Assembly: GCA_964016885.1 (NCBI GenBank)
Contig: OZ024740.1
Coordinates: 2,542,001 to 2,606,000 of the forward strand
Reading direction: 5' to 3'
DNA from: Eledone cirrhosa
Taxonomy: Eukaryota
DNA: 64,000 nucleotides
Shown here: piece after piece, positions 1 to 12,577 of the stretch
Layout of the letters: each line of letters begins with the position of its first letter
Numbering within the stretch: the stretch's first letter is position 1
Program-made: the position numbers and the translations under genes
The notes under the pieces: generated by a model
The model's database searches: none
Told to the model about the DNA's origin: nothing
The model's input: only the letters and a program-made list of their open reading frames with translations

Positions 1-130
1 TGACTTGAAGCAGTGAGAATTTCGGTACATAGAATCCAGTCCTCGCAAGCTGTTCGATCTACCGAATTATTATTATTTTTATATGAGCCGCCAGTGTCCG
101 CGCATTGCCTGGAGACTTAACTGAGAATAG

Positions 131-212
131 ACTCCCTGATGACGCAATGAATTCTCGACAGTTGGATTACGTAACTGTCTTTATCCCATTGCAGAAACTA
201 ATTAGTTGGAGT
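131..212 (+). ncRNA. Type-I hammerhead ribozyme, extended stem II
   Basis: actcc-CTGATGA-c-gcaatg..(gacagtt/aactgtc)..cattgc-a-GAAA-ctaattag-TT-ggagt. Stem I actcc/ggagt; palindromic stem III. Confidence 0.85.
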
Positions 213-241
213 GAAAATTTAAGTAAGTAAAAAATTTTTTT

Positions 242-272
<31 letters not shown>

Positions 273-701
273 TATTTTCTTATTTTACGTCCTTTATATT
301 ATTGTTCTGCATTCTCCTGCATTGAACCACCTAGGTACTATGACATAACCTGTGTATTTGCTGGCATGGGCGTGCATCTGTGCGCTTATGTTAGTTGATA
401 TATTAAATTATCTATATTTATCTCCAAATCACTGATTTGTCGAGCAAACTTGCCAAAACCACTTCTAAAAAAATTTTTTTTTGGGGTGTTAGTAGGCGTC
501 AGTCATCTTACCATCCCATTCCTTCTAACTAGCCTCTGTGTCACGTGATTGATTCTTTAGAATCGGCCATTTGACTTGAAGCAGTGAGAATTTCGGTACA
601 TAGAATCCAGTCCTCGCAAGCTGTTCGATCTACCGAATTATTATTATTTTTATATGAGCCGCCAGTGTCCGCGCATTGCCTGGAGACTTAACTGAGAATA
701 G

Positions 702-783
702 ACTCCCTGATGACGCAATGAATTCTCGACAGTTGGATTACGTAACTGTCTTTATCCCATTGCAGAAACTAATTAGTTGGAGT
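702..783 (+). ncRNA. Type-I hammerhead ribozyme (copy 2)
   Basis: Same sequence as 131-212. Confidence 0.85.
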
Positions 784-1257
784 GAAAATTTAAGTAAGTA
801 AAAAATTTTTTTTAAATTTAAAAAAAAAATATTTTCTTATTTTACGTCCTTTATATTATTGTTCTGCATTCTCCTGCATTGAACCACCTAGGTACTATGA
901 CATAACCTGTGTATCTGCTGGCATGGGCGTGCATCTGTGCGCTTATGTTAGTTGATATATTAAATTATCTATATTTATCTCCAAATCACTGATTTGTCGA
1001 GCAAACTTGCCAAAACCACTTCTAAAAAAATTTTTTTTTGGGTGTTAGTAGGCGTCAGTCATCTTACCATCCCATTCCTTCTAACTAGCCTCTGTGTCAC
1101 GTGATTGATTCTTTAGAATCGGCCATTTGACTTGAAGCAGTGAGAATTTCGGTACATAGAATCCAGTCCTCGCAAGCTGTTCGATCTACCGAATTATTAT
1201 TATTTTTATATGAGCCGCCAGTGTCCGCGCATTGCCTGGAGACTTAACTGAGAATAG

Positions 1258-1339
1258 ACTCCCTGATGACGCAATGAATTCTCGACAGTTGGATTACGTA
1301 ACTGTCTTTATCCCATTGCAGAAACTAATTAGTTGGAGT
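1258..1339 (+). ncRNA. Type-I hammerhead ribozyme (copy 3)
   Basis: Same sequence as 131-212. Confidence 0.85.
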
Positions 1340-1408
1340 GAAAATTTAAGTAAGTAAAAAATTTTTTTTAAATTTAAAAAAAAAAAAAATATTTTCTTAT
1401 TTTACGTC

Positions 1409-1412
<4 letters not shown>

Positions 1413-1457
<45 letters not shown>

Positions 1458-1591
1458 TATACATACATCTACATACATACATACATATACACATACAGAA
1501 ACATACACATATGTACACACATATATACATATATGCACATACATACACACACATATATATAGATACATACATATACATACACACACATATA

Positions 1592-1635
<44 letters not shown>

Positions 1636-1840
1636 TATATACACAAACATACACATACATACATATATATATATATACATATATATACACACATACACAC
1701 ACATATATTTATATATACACACACACATACAAACATACACACATCCATACATATATATACACACACACATACACACACCCACATAATGTATACCCACACG
1801 TACATACATCCATACATACCTACACACATATATGTGTGTG
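1413..1840. repeat. (TA)n/(CA)n compound microsatellite
   Basis: Direct inspection; source of the spurious YI/CV-rich ORFs. Confidence 0.95.
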
Positions 1841-1929
1841 TCTCACCGTTCACTCAGATATTCATGTGTACACATATGAAGAGGGGGGGGGGGGGTTAGT
1901 GAAATGGAATTTTACCTCCAAGTGTTAAT

Positions 1930-4900
1930 TCATTTTTTTGTGTTCAGTAGTGGTTTAAATTTTTCAATGAAGAATTCTTCTTTATATCTGCGGAAATGTT
2001 CGTTATCCGACCATATCTTGAAGAAAGGGAAGATTGTGAATTTTCCATTCCCGCATGATGCAAAGTGTGCGCTACATGTGGTATTTCTGACTGTGGGGTC
2101 TTTAATTTGTTGTTTTTGTACCCGGACTCTATCATGTAATCCCGTTCCGGTTTCCCCAATGTAATACTCTTTACACTGTGGACATGTTGCGCAATATATT
2201 AGGTTTTTCGTTTTGCAGTTCATGTTTGCATTGACCTTGAAATTATCATGGTTTTTGAAGGACAACTGTTTGCCCTCTTCGATGAGTTCACAGGTTCCAT
2301 ATCTAGGGTCCCCGCATTTCGTCACTTGCATTGATTCCATGTTGGTCGTAAATTTTGCCTTGGTAATTAGTTTTTTAAGGTTGGGTGCTTGGCGTCTGCT
2401 ATAAATTATCTGTGTGATTTTTAAGAGTGCATTCATTTTGGTAGATTGCTGTAGAATCGGGAGATACTGCTTAGCAGTTTTCACAATGTTGATGTTCCCT
2501 GGGTTGTGAGTGATGACAAAAGAGATAGCAGGGTTTTCTTTTTTATGTTGTGGGTTTGGTTTTCTCAGTGTTGTTATTGGGATGTTCTTAGCCTTGGAGT
2601 TGGCTGCGTTGATGAGTTTCATCGGGTATTCTTGTTTTTTAATGAAATTTTTCAGGTCACATAATCTTTTTCTTGTAGTACGGGGTGTGTTGCTATAGTG
2701 CAGATGCGCCTTGCCATGTTGAAGGGAATGTTCCTTTTCGTATGTGAGGGGTGTGCTGACCGGAAATTTAAGTATTGGTGTGTGTCAGTGGGTTTGCAAA
2801 ATAGGTCCGTTATGATATTTTCCCCTTCTTTAATGATGAGGATATCTAGAAAGGGCAGTTCCTTTTCGTTACATTCCATAGTGAATTGTATAGCTTCATG
2901 AAGCCTGTTTAGGATCGAATAAAATTTTTGTAGGTCTGTTTGGCTTCTGTTCCAGAAGATGAAGCAGTCATCTAGGTAACGTTTCCAGTTTTTATTAATG
3001 TAGAAGGCGAAGTCGTGACTGAATGTTATCTGTAGTTGGGAATATAATTTTGCCTCTAAGTGACCCATAACGAGCGTTGCATATGTAGGGGCCACTTTGG
3101 TACCCATGGCTGTTCCTTTTATTTGTAGATAAAGTTCGTTGTCAAAGAGGAAGTGGTTGTTTTCCAATACTAATTTAAGTCCTTCCAAGATGAATTCTTT
3201 GGGGAATCTTTCTGAAATGTGACTTGAGTGTTTTGTAATCCAGAAGTCCACAGCTTCAATCCCTAGGTCGTGTGGGATGTTAGTGTACAGGCTTATTACA
3301 TCAAAACTGACTAGGATTGTATCCCGGTGTACGTTTTGGAGGATATAGTTAAGGAATTCCATATCATCTCTGATGTAGCTTGGAACTTTTTTACATAGGG
3401 GTTTGAGTATGATGTCTAATAGGTTGCTTAGACGTTGTGTGCTTGAGGCTGGGCCAGCAATAATGGGGCGTAATTTTAAGTCTGTCGGTTTTGGTGCTTC
3501 GATGTATGATGTATTTTTCCCTTTTATGTTGTTTTGGATTTCTATTGATTTGTGAATTTTTGGTAATCCATAGAAATTGCTGGTTTTCATTTCGAAGTTA
3601 GTTAGGTAATCTACTTCTTTTGGTGTTAGGTTGTTTTGGTACTTTGTTGTTAGTTTGCCTATTTGGTTCCTCGATTTCCTTTCTTCGTTTTTAATGATTT
3701 TCCTGTAGAAGTTTTCGTCATTCAAGTGTGCTAGAACCATATCTTTGTAGTGGTTTGTGTCTATGATGACGATTGCTCCACATTTGTCCTCTTCTTTTAT
3801 TATTATTGAGGAATCCCTTTGTAGCTTGTTCAATGCTAGTAGTTGATCTGTAGGGATGTTGCGTTTGTGTTTCGTCTCGGCCGTATTTGTACGTGCTGAT
3901 CGGCGAAGGCAGGTTATGTATTCCTCCAGGTATTTATCTCTATTTAGCGGGGGTGTGAAGTTCTTTTTGTTTTTCACCAGTGATTCTTCCTCGTATTGTA
4001 CACCCTGGAAGAATTCTCCTAAGCGTAATTTTCGACAGTATTCTTCTGTGTCTTTTATAACATCGGCTGTATCTGCTTTCGGAGTGGGAGTGAACTTCAG
4101 TCCATTTTCTAACAGTTGTATTTCTGGTTGTGTTAATTTCTTGGCTGATATATTGATTATTTTTGGTTCGATTGGTTCTTTCTCGTCAGGTGCCACTTGA
4201 AAGGTGGTGCTTTTTTCTTTTTTTCTTTCATTTGGTGCGAGGCCCCTAGTCCTAAAAAATGGGTGCCATTTGGGATAGAGGTGTTTCTGTTGTGGTGAAA
4301 CCTTTGGCCCGCCGGAACTTCATGCCGGTAACTGGTTGGGCGATAGACTCTTGCGTGGTCGTTGCTGTATGGGGGTCTGGTTCTTCTGTTGTTTCGTTCA
4401 GTATTCATGTGTCTTTGATTTTGTCTCCGGTAATTGTTCTTGGTGTTATGGCAGTGGTTGTATCTGGTTCTGGTGTTGAGTATTGGGTCTGTATGTAGTT
4501 GTGTGTTTGGGGTTACCCAATATCTGGTTGTTGTTGGTTTATTGTGTGTGAGTGCTTCATTTCTTGTGTTGTTGTATTTTCCTGAGTTCTGGGGTTTCCT
4601 ATGGATTTGTTTTCTGGGTTTTATTTGGTCTTTCCCATAGTTATCTTCATATTCTTGAAGCCATTGAGTTCTTGGCTCCAAGATTTTCTTTGATTTTAAC
4701 TCCTCTCTAGTTGTATCTGTCTGCTATAGGTTAAGGAGTTTTTCACGTACATTGCCGCTGCTTCTTTTGTTTATTTCCTCTTGGATGGTGGTGTCGCATT
4801 TTTCAAATTTCTCTTTGAAATTTGGCACTCTTAGGCGGAGTAGGGTGATTTCGGTCTCAAGTGTTTGGAGTGCTAGATTTAGTCTTGTTGCAGTTTCTTC

Positions 4901-5565
4901 CTTTGATTCCGATGGTATTTCTTTAATTCGGAATTTTCTCGGGAGGATAACTGGTTCCTTGCTACGCCATATTTCGTATGTGTCTGCTAGGTTTTCACTC
5001 CTCAAGGCTTTCCAGTATGCCTGTTTCCTTTGATTTAATAGTTGGTTCCAAATGTTTTTCATTTGGTTTCTTTTTCTGTAGGCTTCTTTTTCTAGATTCA
5101 GTTCATTCCATTCTTTGAATGCATTATTGGTGATGGAGTTCTGTTCATGTGTAGCTATTTCAGGAGAAAAGGTTTGTTCTTGTTTTTGTCGGTCTGTAAT
5201 TAGTGAATCAAGTTTTTCCCTATAGCTGCGTGTTTGTTGTTCCATTTCTTGTACGGCATTCGTAAGGTAATCATATTTATCTATTATTATGGTGAGTTTT
5301 TCTGATATTTCCTGTAGTAGTGTATCCGATTTGAGGGATTCAGTAGAGGATTTTGAACGTGTGTTAGCCATTCTGTCTTGTACAAGGGGATAGAATATTG
5401 GAAAATGTGTGTAATCCTTGGTACAGTTAGGTATATTAAGACAGGGGGAAGAAAAAATGGCTTCACTTGTGCTTTCAACAAATTTATTTTCTTCACAAAA
5501 TCCCAAAAGAATTTTTTTCCGGATTATAAAAAACATTTTTTTTTCTTAAAAAAAATTATTTTATA
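1930..5565 (-). mobile_element. Penelope-like retroelement, Neptune-like, near full-length ORF broken by stops/frameshifts (RT + GIY-YIG)
   Basis: ORF pieces 4724-5536, 4157-4681, 2652-4196 (FYGLPKIHK, RPII, FDVISLYTNI, GTAMGT, RYLDD) and 1930-2622 (Cys linker CGDPRYGTC, NLIYCATCPQC, YYIGETG). Confidence 0.9.
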
Positions 5566-5621
5566 AATATATATATATATACGATATTAATAAATGGAAA
5601 CTATATTTATAAAACCATATT

Positions 5622-5686
5622 TATTTCATTATATATATTTCAAGGATACCAAGTTACATTATGGTATGCCTTCATCAGACAAAATA
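5622..5686 (-). ncRNA. Type-I hammerhead ribozyme in Naiad pLTR
   Basis: Reverse complement of 8921-8985. Confidence 0.8.
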
Positions 5687-8600
5687 CAATATATAACAGT
5701 TTTATAAATAGACATTGACGTACCCCTTTAAAAAATTGACCGTTGTTTTTGGAGGCCATCAGGATAGTGATTTGTTTACTTTAGTAAGTCATAGTGTTAA
5801 GAGTAAGTAAACAGATGGAGAGAGAGATAGAAACGTGGAGAAAAGAAAGGGAGAGATAGATAAAGAAAAAGAAGAAAGCAAAAAGAAAAGAGAACAGAGG
5901 AAAAATAACGGGAAGATATCAAACCATCAGACAGAGAAAAAATCCAGAGAGAGATATATAGAGATAGAGAGAGGGGGGAGAGAACAAAACCTTAAGTTAT
6001 GTCATATTAAGTTGAGTAACAATTGGGATGAAAAGCATAAATAAAATTAGAAATATTAATATTCATGAATGGAATATAGATATATAATATGAGAGATTAC
6101 ACATTGTTTAATTATGATTAGATATTTAGTTTAAAATTGAGATCAATATATTAAAATTGGAATTTAAGCATTATAACATATATATATTGCTAGAGAGATT
6201 ATCTATCGCATATTACATACACATAGGCAAAGGTATATAAATATATATATATACACACTCACTCAGAAAATACACATTATATCTACTCCCGCACATAATA
6301 TATATATACAAAGCATAAGTGATTTTTTATTTATTGCCATACATTTCCTGTGTTATTAATTAAAAATTAAAAGTTTTTAGTATATATATATAAATATATA
6401 GGATTAACTTTCATGCATTTATGGCTGTTAAGTTATGCATATCTGCAATCAAAAACTGCATGTGTAAGCCTGTACATTCACATCCATAATTCTTAGCTAT
6501 ACATAAATAGATATGTGTGTGCATCTTCAATTGGTATACACGCGTCTCTCATGCATATATACAGACAGACATATAATCATAAAAAAGCATATAACACATG
6601 TATATGTATGTCAACACATACATATAGATACATTAGCCGTATATAGATATACGTATACATCAACATATAACATAGTACAATTGCGTATATAAAATATAAA
6701 AGGATTATATTTTGGAAATATAATTATATCAATATAACTTAAAAAGCAAACGAATTCTACAAATATCAAAATACTAAAATATCCCAAAATATTATAGAAT
6801 ATTTTAAGTTAAAATAATATGTTTAATATATTTAGTATAGAAATTAATCTTACGTATATTTTAATCAAGATATTGAAAGGACAAACTTTTGAAAATTATG
6901 AGTAGCTATCAGAATAAAAAATAAATCTAATAAAAATTATGAGAAGCTATCAGAATAAAAACAAATCTAATAAAAATAAAAAATAAAATGAATCTAATAA
7001 AAAAATAAATAAAATGAATCTAATAAAAAATAAATCTAATAAAAAATAAAATATTATATCAATATAACTTAAAAAACAAGGATCGTACAGATATCAAAAT
7101 ATTAAAGTTTAAAAATAAAAAAAAATAAAAAAAATTTTTTTTTTAAATCTTTCAAAAATTAAAAAAAAATTTAAAAGATTTAAAAAATTTTTTAAATCTT
7201 AAAAAAAAAAAAAAATATTTTTAAATCTTAAAAAAAAAAAAAATTTTAAAAAGTCTTAAAATATAGAATATTTTAAGCTAAAATAATATGTTTAGTATAG
7301 AAAATTATCTTACGTATATTTTCAAGATATTGAAAGGATAAACTTTTCTAGAATAGTTTATTATATTTATAATTATATTTATGAAGAAAATTTATACTTG
7401 GGTACTTAACCAAAGAAAATGAAAAAGGTGAAGGAATCTAATGATTTATCGACAGGTTACATAAATTAACTAAATTACTTAATTAATTAAACTACATTTT
7501 AAATTTATATTTATATTTAAACGTTGAGTTCAATCTATGTCTGCAGCAACTGAATAAATTATTCCTTAAATTAATGGAATTTTTGGTCTTTAATATAAAA
7601 AAATATTTCCTCTATACAAAGGTCACAATTTTCTGAAGAGGAATTAAAAGGAATAGCTTCTGAAATAATATTCCAAATCAGCGAATATTCAACATTATCT
7701 CGTTTTAGGTCCCATAGTAGGCTAGACCGCGAAGTTGAAGATTTTTTGTTTGGATCTGTAAAATAATTTTTATGATTATTGAAGCGGGATTTAAATTCTG
7801 TCGAGGTAGAACCGACATAGTTAAATGAATTTAAATTAGTTTTAACATTACAATTATAAACTACATTTTTAGCTAAGCAATTGTTATTTAACGGACAGTT
7901 GGATTTATTTCTACAGTTACAGTTATTCGATTGAATATTGCTTGGGTTATTATTGGTATTTTGGTTAGGTTTTAAATTTCTATTATTAATTCTATTAATA
8001 TTTTGCGCTAAATTTTTGGTGGAAGAGTAGGTTAATTTTATAGTATGTCTATTAAAAATTGAGTAATATTTATGTGTTCTACGGAATCGTTTGTCAAGAG
8101 CTTTAAAGAATAGTTTAGCAATAGGGGTTTTAATATTTAGTGAGAAAGGGCGAGCGAACCATAATATATTCCTAGTTCTATTTCTTTTTCGGCTTTCGGA
8201 GTTATAGAAATATTTTCTATTATGGTTGTTGAAATTGTTACCATAATTAAAGTTGTTATTATTTTGGTTATTTTGTATATTATTATTATCGATGTATTTA
8301 ATTTTATTTCTATACCCAGCTCTACCTAACGCTTCGTTTTAATAATGCGCTTTTTCATCAAATATATTCTTATTAGATGAAATTCTTGAAATTCGTTCTT
8401 GAACAGAGTTCACTATAGTATTTTTAACGGATCTGGGGTGATTAGAGTTAAAATTGACATAATTTAAGTTCTCATTTAGTTTGTGAAATGGATAATGAAG
8501 ACATGTGTTGAGATTTAGTGTTACATCTAGAAAATTGACTATTTTATGGTTATTCTCTATTTCTACTTTTAGATTAAGGTAATTAAAAAATTGTATAATT

Positions 8601-8920
8601 TGTTTTCTTTTTCTATTTAGTTCACAGCTATTATTTTCTATAAGTAAAAGCATGTCGTCACGATATAAGCCTCCGGTTACATCTGGTATTTTTCTATGTA
8701 GAGAATTAATTATAAATAGGCCTACAAGGTCCGTTACTTTTCTTTATCTATCTCTCCCTTTCTTTTCTCCACGTTTCTATCTCTCTCTCCATCTTTTTAC
8801 TTACTCTTAACACTATGACTTACTAAAGTAAACAAATCACTATCCTGATGGCCTCCAAAAACAACGGTCAATTTTTTAAAGGGGTACGTCAATGTCTATT
8901 TATAAAACTGTTATATATTG

Positions 8921-8985
8921 TATTTTGTCTGATGAAGGCATACCATAATGTAACTTGGTATCCTTGAAATATATATAATGAAATA
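8921..8985 (+). ncRNA. Type-I hammerhead ribozyme in inverted Naiad pLTR
   Basis: tattttgt-CTGATGA-aggcatacc..ggtatcctt-GAAA-tatata-TA-atgaaata; palindromic ATATATAT stem III. Confidence 0.8.
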
Positions 8986-9138
8986 AATATGGTTTTATAA
9001 ATATAGTTTCCATTTATTAATATCGTATATCTACTCCAAATATTTGTCGAGTGCTTTATATCAGTTATAAAAATATTTGCTTGTTGTATCCCAACAATTT
9101 AAATAAAACTTTTGCATATATATATATATTTATATATA

Positions 9139-11587
9139 TCCCCTGATGAGTCCCCCTCGCCGGACACCTCATTGTGGTGAAGGGGTGCCAACCATTAATC
9201 TCAGTGGGCAAAGAATCGGCAAATACAGGCGGAAGGCGTCGGGTTACCAACCCGGCACTGCTGTAAAAATTTTAACCGCTAAAGAAACAGCAAGAAAAGC
9301 AAAAAAAAAAAACAAAACAAAAATGAACGGCGTAAAGATGAAGGCGTGGGAAACACTTCACTCTTGACGGACCTTAACCAAAGCCGAAAGGACGTTGGGG
9401 TTCCGATGAGCCGGATTCTGAGCACCAAAACAAAGATGCGAATTGGAACTTGGAACGTGCGTACACTATACCAGTCAGGAAAGCTGGTTCAGCTACTTCG
9501 CGAGTTCGACCACTACCAGCTGGACATTCTTGGCGTGAGTGAAATGCGCTGGACCGGCAGCGGAAAGATGAGTGGCAGCAGAGAGACAACTCTGCTTTAC
9601 TGTGGACACCAAGACAAGCACGTTCATGGCGTTGGACTTGTGTTTAGCGCCCGAGCAACTCGATCATTGATCGGATGGGAGCCAGTCAGCGAGCACATCA
9701 TAACCTCCCGTTTTCAAAGTGGGCATGCGAAAATCACTGTTGTTGAGGGCTACGCACCGATTGATGACGCAAGCGACATCGACAAGGACGCCTTCTACGA
9801 ACAGCTGCAGGACACATTTAATAACTTGTCCAGCTATGACATCAAACTACTGATCGGTGATTTCAATGCTCAGATTGGCTGCAACAGACAGGGACTGGAA
9901 CAGGTCACTGGGCCATTCGGTTCTGCTGCGGTCACCGCGGACACCGGCGAGAGACTGCAGCTGTTTTGTGCCATCAACAGCTTGTGCATTAGCAACACCT
10001 ATTTCAAACACAAGGCGATTCACAAGGCTACTTGGCAGTCTCCAGACCAGAAAAGCCGAAACGAGATCGACTACATCTGCATCAACCAGCGCTGGCGGTC
10101 CTCGGTACGTGACGTTAGAGTGGACCAAGGTGCGGACGTGGGCTCAGCCCACCACCTACTGTGTGCGGAACTTCAGCTGCGCCTGAAGAAACGGACACGA
10201 CAGGAAAGACCAAAGCCATATGCAGTGGAGAAGCTGAAGTATCCCGGTCAAGCGCGACTCTACTAACTGGCGCTACACAACCGATTCCAACAGTTGAGTG
10301 AGGCTGCAGATCTGGAAGATCAATGGACGATGTCCACGACAGCGGTGACTGAGGCAGCACAAGAAACTATTGGCCGAAGACGAGGAACGAGGATGGAAAA
10401 ATGGATCCAAGAACCAACGTGGCACCTGATTGACAGACGAAAAAGGCTAAAGTCGAACGAGATTCTGCCAGATCGGAGGAAGACCAAAAAAAAAGAGATG
10501 CCGTATACCGCCAAATCGACCGACTGGTAAAGTGAAGCTGCCGGCGGGACAAACGTGACTGGCTGGAGAAAAAGTGTGCTGAGGCAGAGGAAGCTGCTGG
10601 TCGAAACGACACAAAAGCACTGTTCCGCATCGTGAGGGAGTCGACAGGAATGTCAAGCGGTGCCAGCATGCCAGTGAAGGACAAAAATGACAAGACGTTG
10701 ACCACTGGAGCGGAACAGGAGCAGAGATGGATGAAAACTCCAGCTGCTGCGTGCGGACTGAGTCCGGTGCGACGGAATTCTTTGGCATTGTCTCCGGAGT
10801 CAGACAGGGTTGCATTCGCTCTCCACTGTTGTTCCTGCTGGCAGCCGATTTCGTACTAACAACACCCTACAAGAGAGTGCGGAAAAGATCGGCCTGAGAA
10901 TCAACACCAAAAGAATCAAGGTCATGAGAACGGCCAGCAACACAGGTCCAGTGATCAGAGTCAACCAACAGGACCTCGAGGAAGTCGATCACTTCACCTA
11001 TCTGGGCAGCATCCTGACAAGCAGCGGCGACGCGGAGCTCGACATCAACTGTCGGATCGGCAAAGGAGTCGTAGTTTTCCAGCGGCTGTGCTCAGTCTGG
11101 TCGTCTTCATGCATTAGCACCAAGACCAAGCTCCGCCTGTACAAGAGCATCGTGCTGCTTTATGCGAGCGAGACCTGGAAGAGTACGGCAAAAATAGAGA
11201 GACGGCTGAACGCTTTCCACCAGCGGTACCTGCGAAAGATCCTTCATGTGTCCTGACGCGACCCAGTGCGAAACGAGGAGATCCTGCGGAGAGCCGAGTC
11301 ATAGACGCTACAGAGAGGGGTGACGGAGCGTCGGTGCCGTCTGGCTGGCCGCCATATTCTGCGTCTGCAAAATGAACGGCATTCGAAAACAGCGATGAAC
11401 TGGACTCCGCCTGGCGGGAAACGGAGGCGGTGTTGCCCAAGGATCACCTGGCGACGAACGTTCCGGAAGGACCTGATGGCAGCCAACATCACTTGGCACG
11501 GTCTCGAAAAAGTTGCCGCTGATCGTGACCGTTGGCGAGTACTTACTGCTCGATGCGCCGAACGGCGCGGAAGAATCTAAGACTAAG

Positions 11588-11590
<3 letters not shown>
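9139..11590 (+). mobile_element. RTE-clade LINE with both ends present and most of the RT deleted
   Basis: APE endonuclease (RIGTWNVRTL, LGVSEMRW, GDFNAQIG, EIDYI). Abrupt jump near 10735 (QEQRW to ENSSCCVRT). RT C-terminus (FTYLGS, LLYASETW). (CTAAGA) tail; (TA)n flanks. Confidence 0.9.
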
Positions 11591-11674
<84 letters not shown>

Positions 11675-11681
<7 letters not shown>

Positions 11682-11937
11682 AAAAAAAGATGAAATCGAA
11701 AATGCAACTGGAGTCTTATTTAAAAAAATATATATATTTATTTGGTTTTCTCACAGAAAAACCACAGACCCTCCATCTCAACTCACCTTTTGAAAAGCAG
11801 AAGAACTGCGAAACCGGTAAAGGAACCAAATAAATATATATTTTTAAAAAATAAAACTCCAGTTGCATTTTCGATTTCATCTTTTTTTCTTTATACTTTC
11901 ACTCGGTTATTTTTCATTTTGTAAAAAAAACCCTCAC

Positions 11938-11943
<6 letters not shown>
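11675..11943. mobile_element. Short fold-back PLE pLTR remnant between (TA)n arrays
   Basis: ~11675-11745 is inverted relative to ~11825-11895. Same family as 23690-24255. Confidence 0.75.
11786..11823 (+). ncRNA. Minimal type-I hammerhead with U3-A8 core
   Basis: cctt-TTGAAAA-gcag-aagaa-ctgc-GAAA-ccgg-TA-aagg. Confidence 0.75.
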
Positions 11944-12007
<64 letters not shown>

Positions 12008-12011
<4 letters not shown>

Positions 12012-12414
12012 TCTGAATTTGTTTAGCAAGATTCATAATCTGAAAACGTGTGTTGAAACCGATATTGTTATACTTTGGGAGGGTCATGTTGCCAATAAGA
12101 AATAGAAACACACACAGACACCCGGATGTGGTGCATGCGCAGACTGAGCACACAACACACACACAGAAACAAGATGGCGTAAGACAGAACAAAGGAGAGA
12201 CACAAAAACAAAGAAAAGAATCCCACTCACTGAAGAGGTCACATAATGTGTGACGAAAGAACTTTGACAATATATAAACAACCATCTGGTTGTGGAACCA
12301 ACCAACCAACCGGAAATTTATAAATTCCTAAATTTATAAATTTATTATAATAAATTTAAGTGAAAGCAACTGGTGCGTGTGTTTCTTATTGGCAACATGA
12401 CCCTCCCAAAGTAT

Positions 12415-12420
<6 letters not shown>
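12008..12420 (+). mobile_element. PLE pLTR with short inverted 5' tail (Nematis-like family 2)
   Basis: 12062-12101 is inverted relative to 12382-12421. The tail encodes MTLPKYNNIGFNTRF, homologous to the ORF start at 48719. Confidence 0.8.
12227..12268 (+). ncRNA. Minimal hammerhead, extra nucleotide after A9
   Basis: tca-CTGAAGA-g-gtcacat-aat-gtgtgac-GAAA-gaac-TT-tgac. Confidence 0.7.
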
Positions 12421-12499
<79 letters not shown>

Positions 12500-12577
12500 T
12501 TTGATAACTTTGATAGGTTTCGGTCAGTATTGTCTCAGGCCATGTCTAACTTAATATATCCACCATATATATATATA

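Larger units (their letters stand above)
1..1412 (+). repeat. Tandem array (~2.5 visible copies, period 556-571 bp) of an ORF-less hammerhead-containing unit (PLE pLTR-like / retrozyme-like)
   Basis: tgacttgaagcagtgag recurs at 1, 572 and 1128. Copies differ mainly in poly-A/T length. Array ends at tttacgtcctt|(TA)n. Confidence 0.9.
5580..9118 (-). mobile_element. 5'-truncated Naiad-like Penelope element with 3' pLTR (5580-~5865) and inverted 5' pLTR (~8740-9118)
   Basis: Minus-strand RT end (NFLDVTLNL, 8339-8653), then CNCRNKSNCPLNNNCL, VVY..YVGST, CDLC and CCRH at ~7520-7930. 5580-5865 is the reverse complement of ~8740-9027. Confidence 0.85.

Noticed and set aside
1374-1853. Many YI/CV/HT-rich ORFs here and at 19 kb, 38.5 kb, 43.3 kb, 49.4 kb, 52 kb and 54-55 kb
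   Set aside because: Translations of (TA)n/(CA)n microsatellites, not genes.
1-5565. 1-1412 repeats as the pLTRs of the Neptune-like ORF
   Set aside because: The hammerheads would be antisense to the ORF, the unit lacks the ORF start, and related units occur without that ORF. Not fully excluded.
7500-7930. Selenocysteine recoding known from some Naiad elements
   Set aside because: Zn-finger Cys codons in both Naiad copies read as TGT/TGC, and the internal stop at 50134 is TAG (likely mutated TGG). No SECIS identified.
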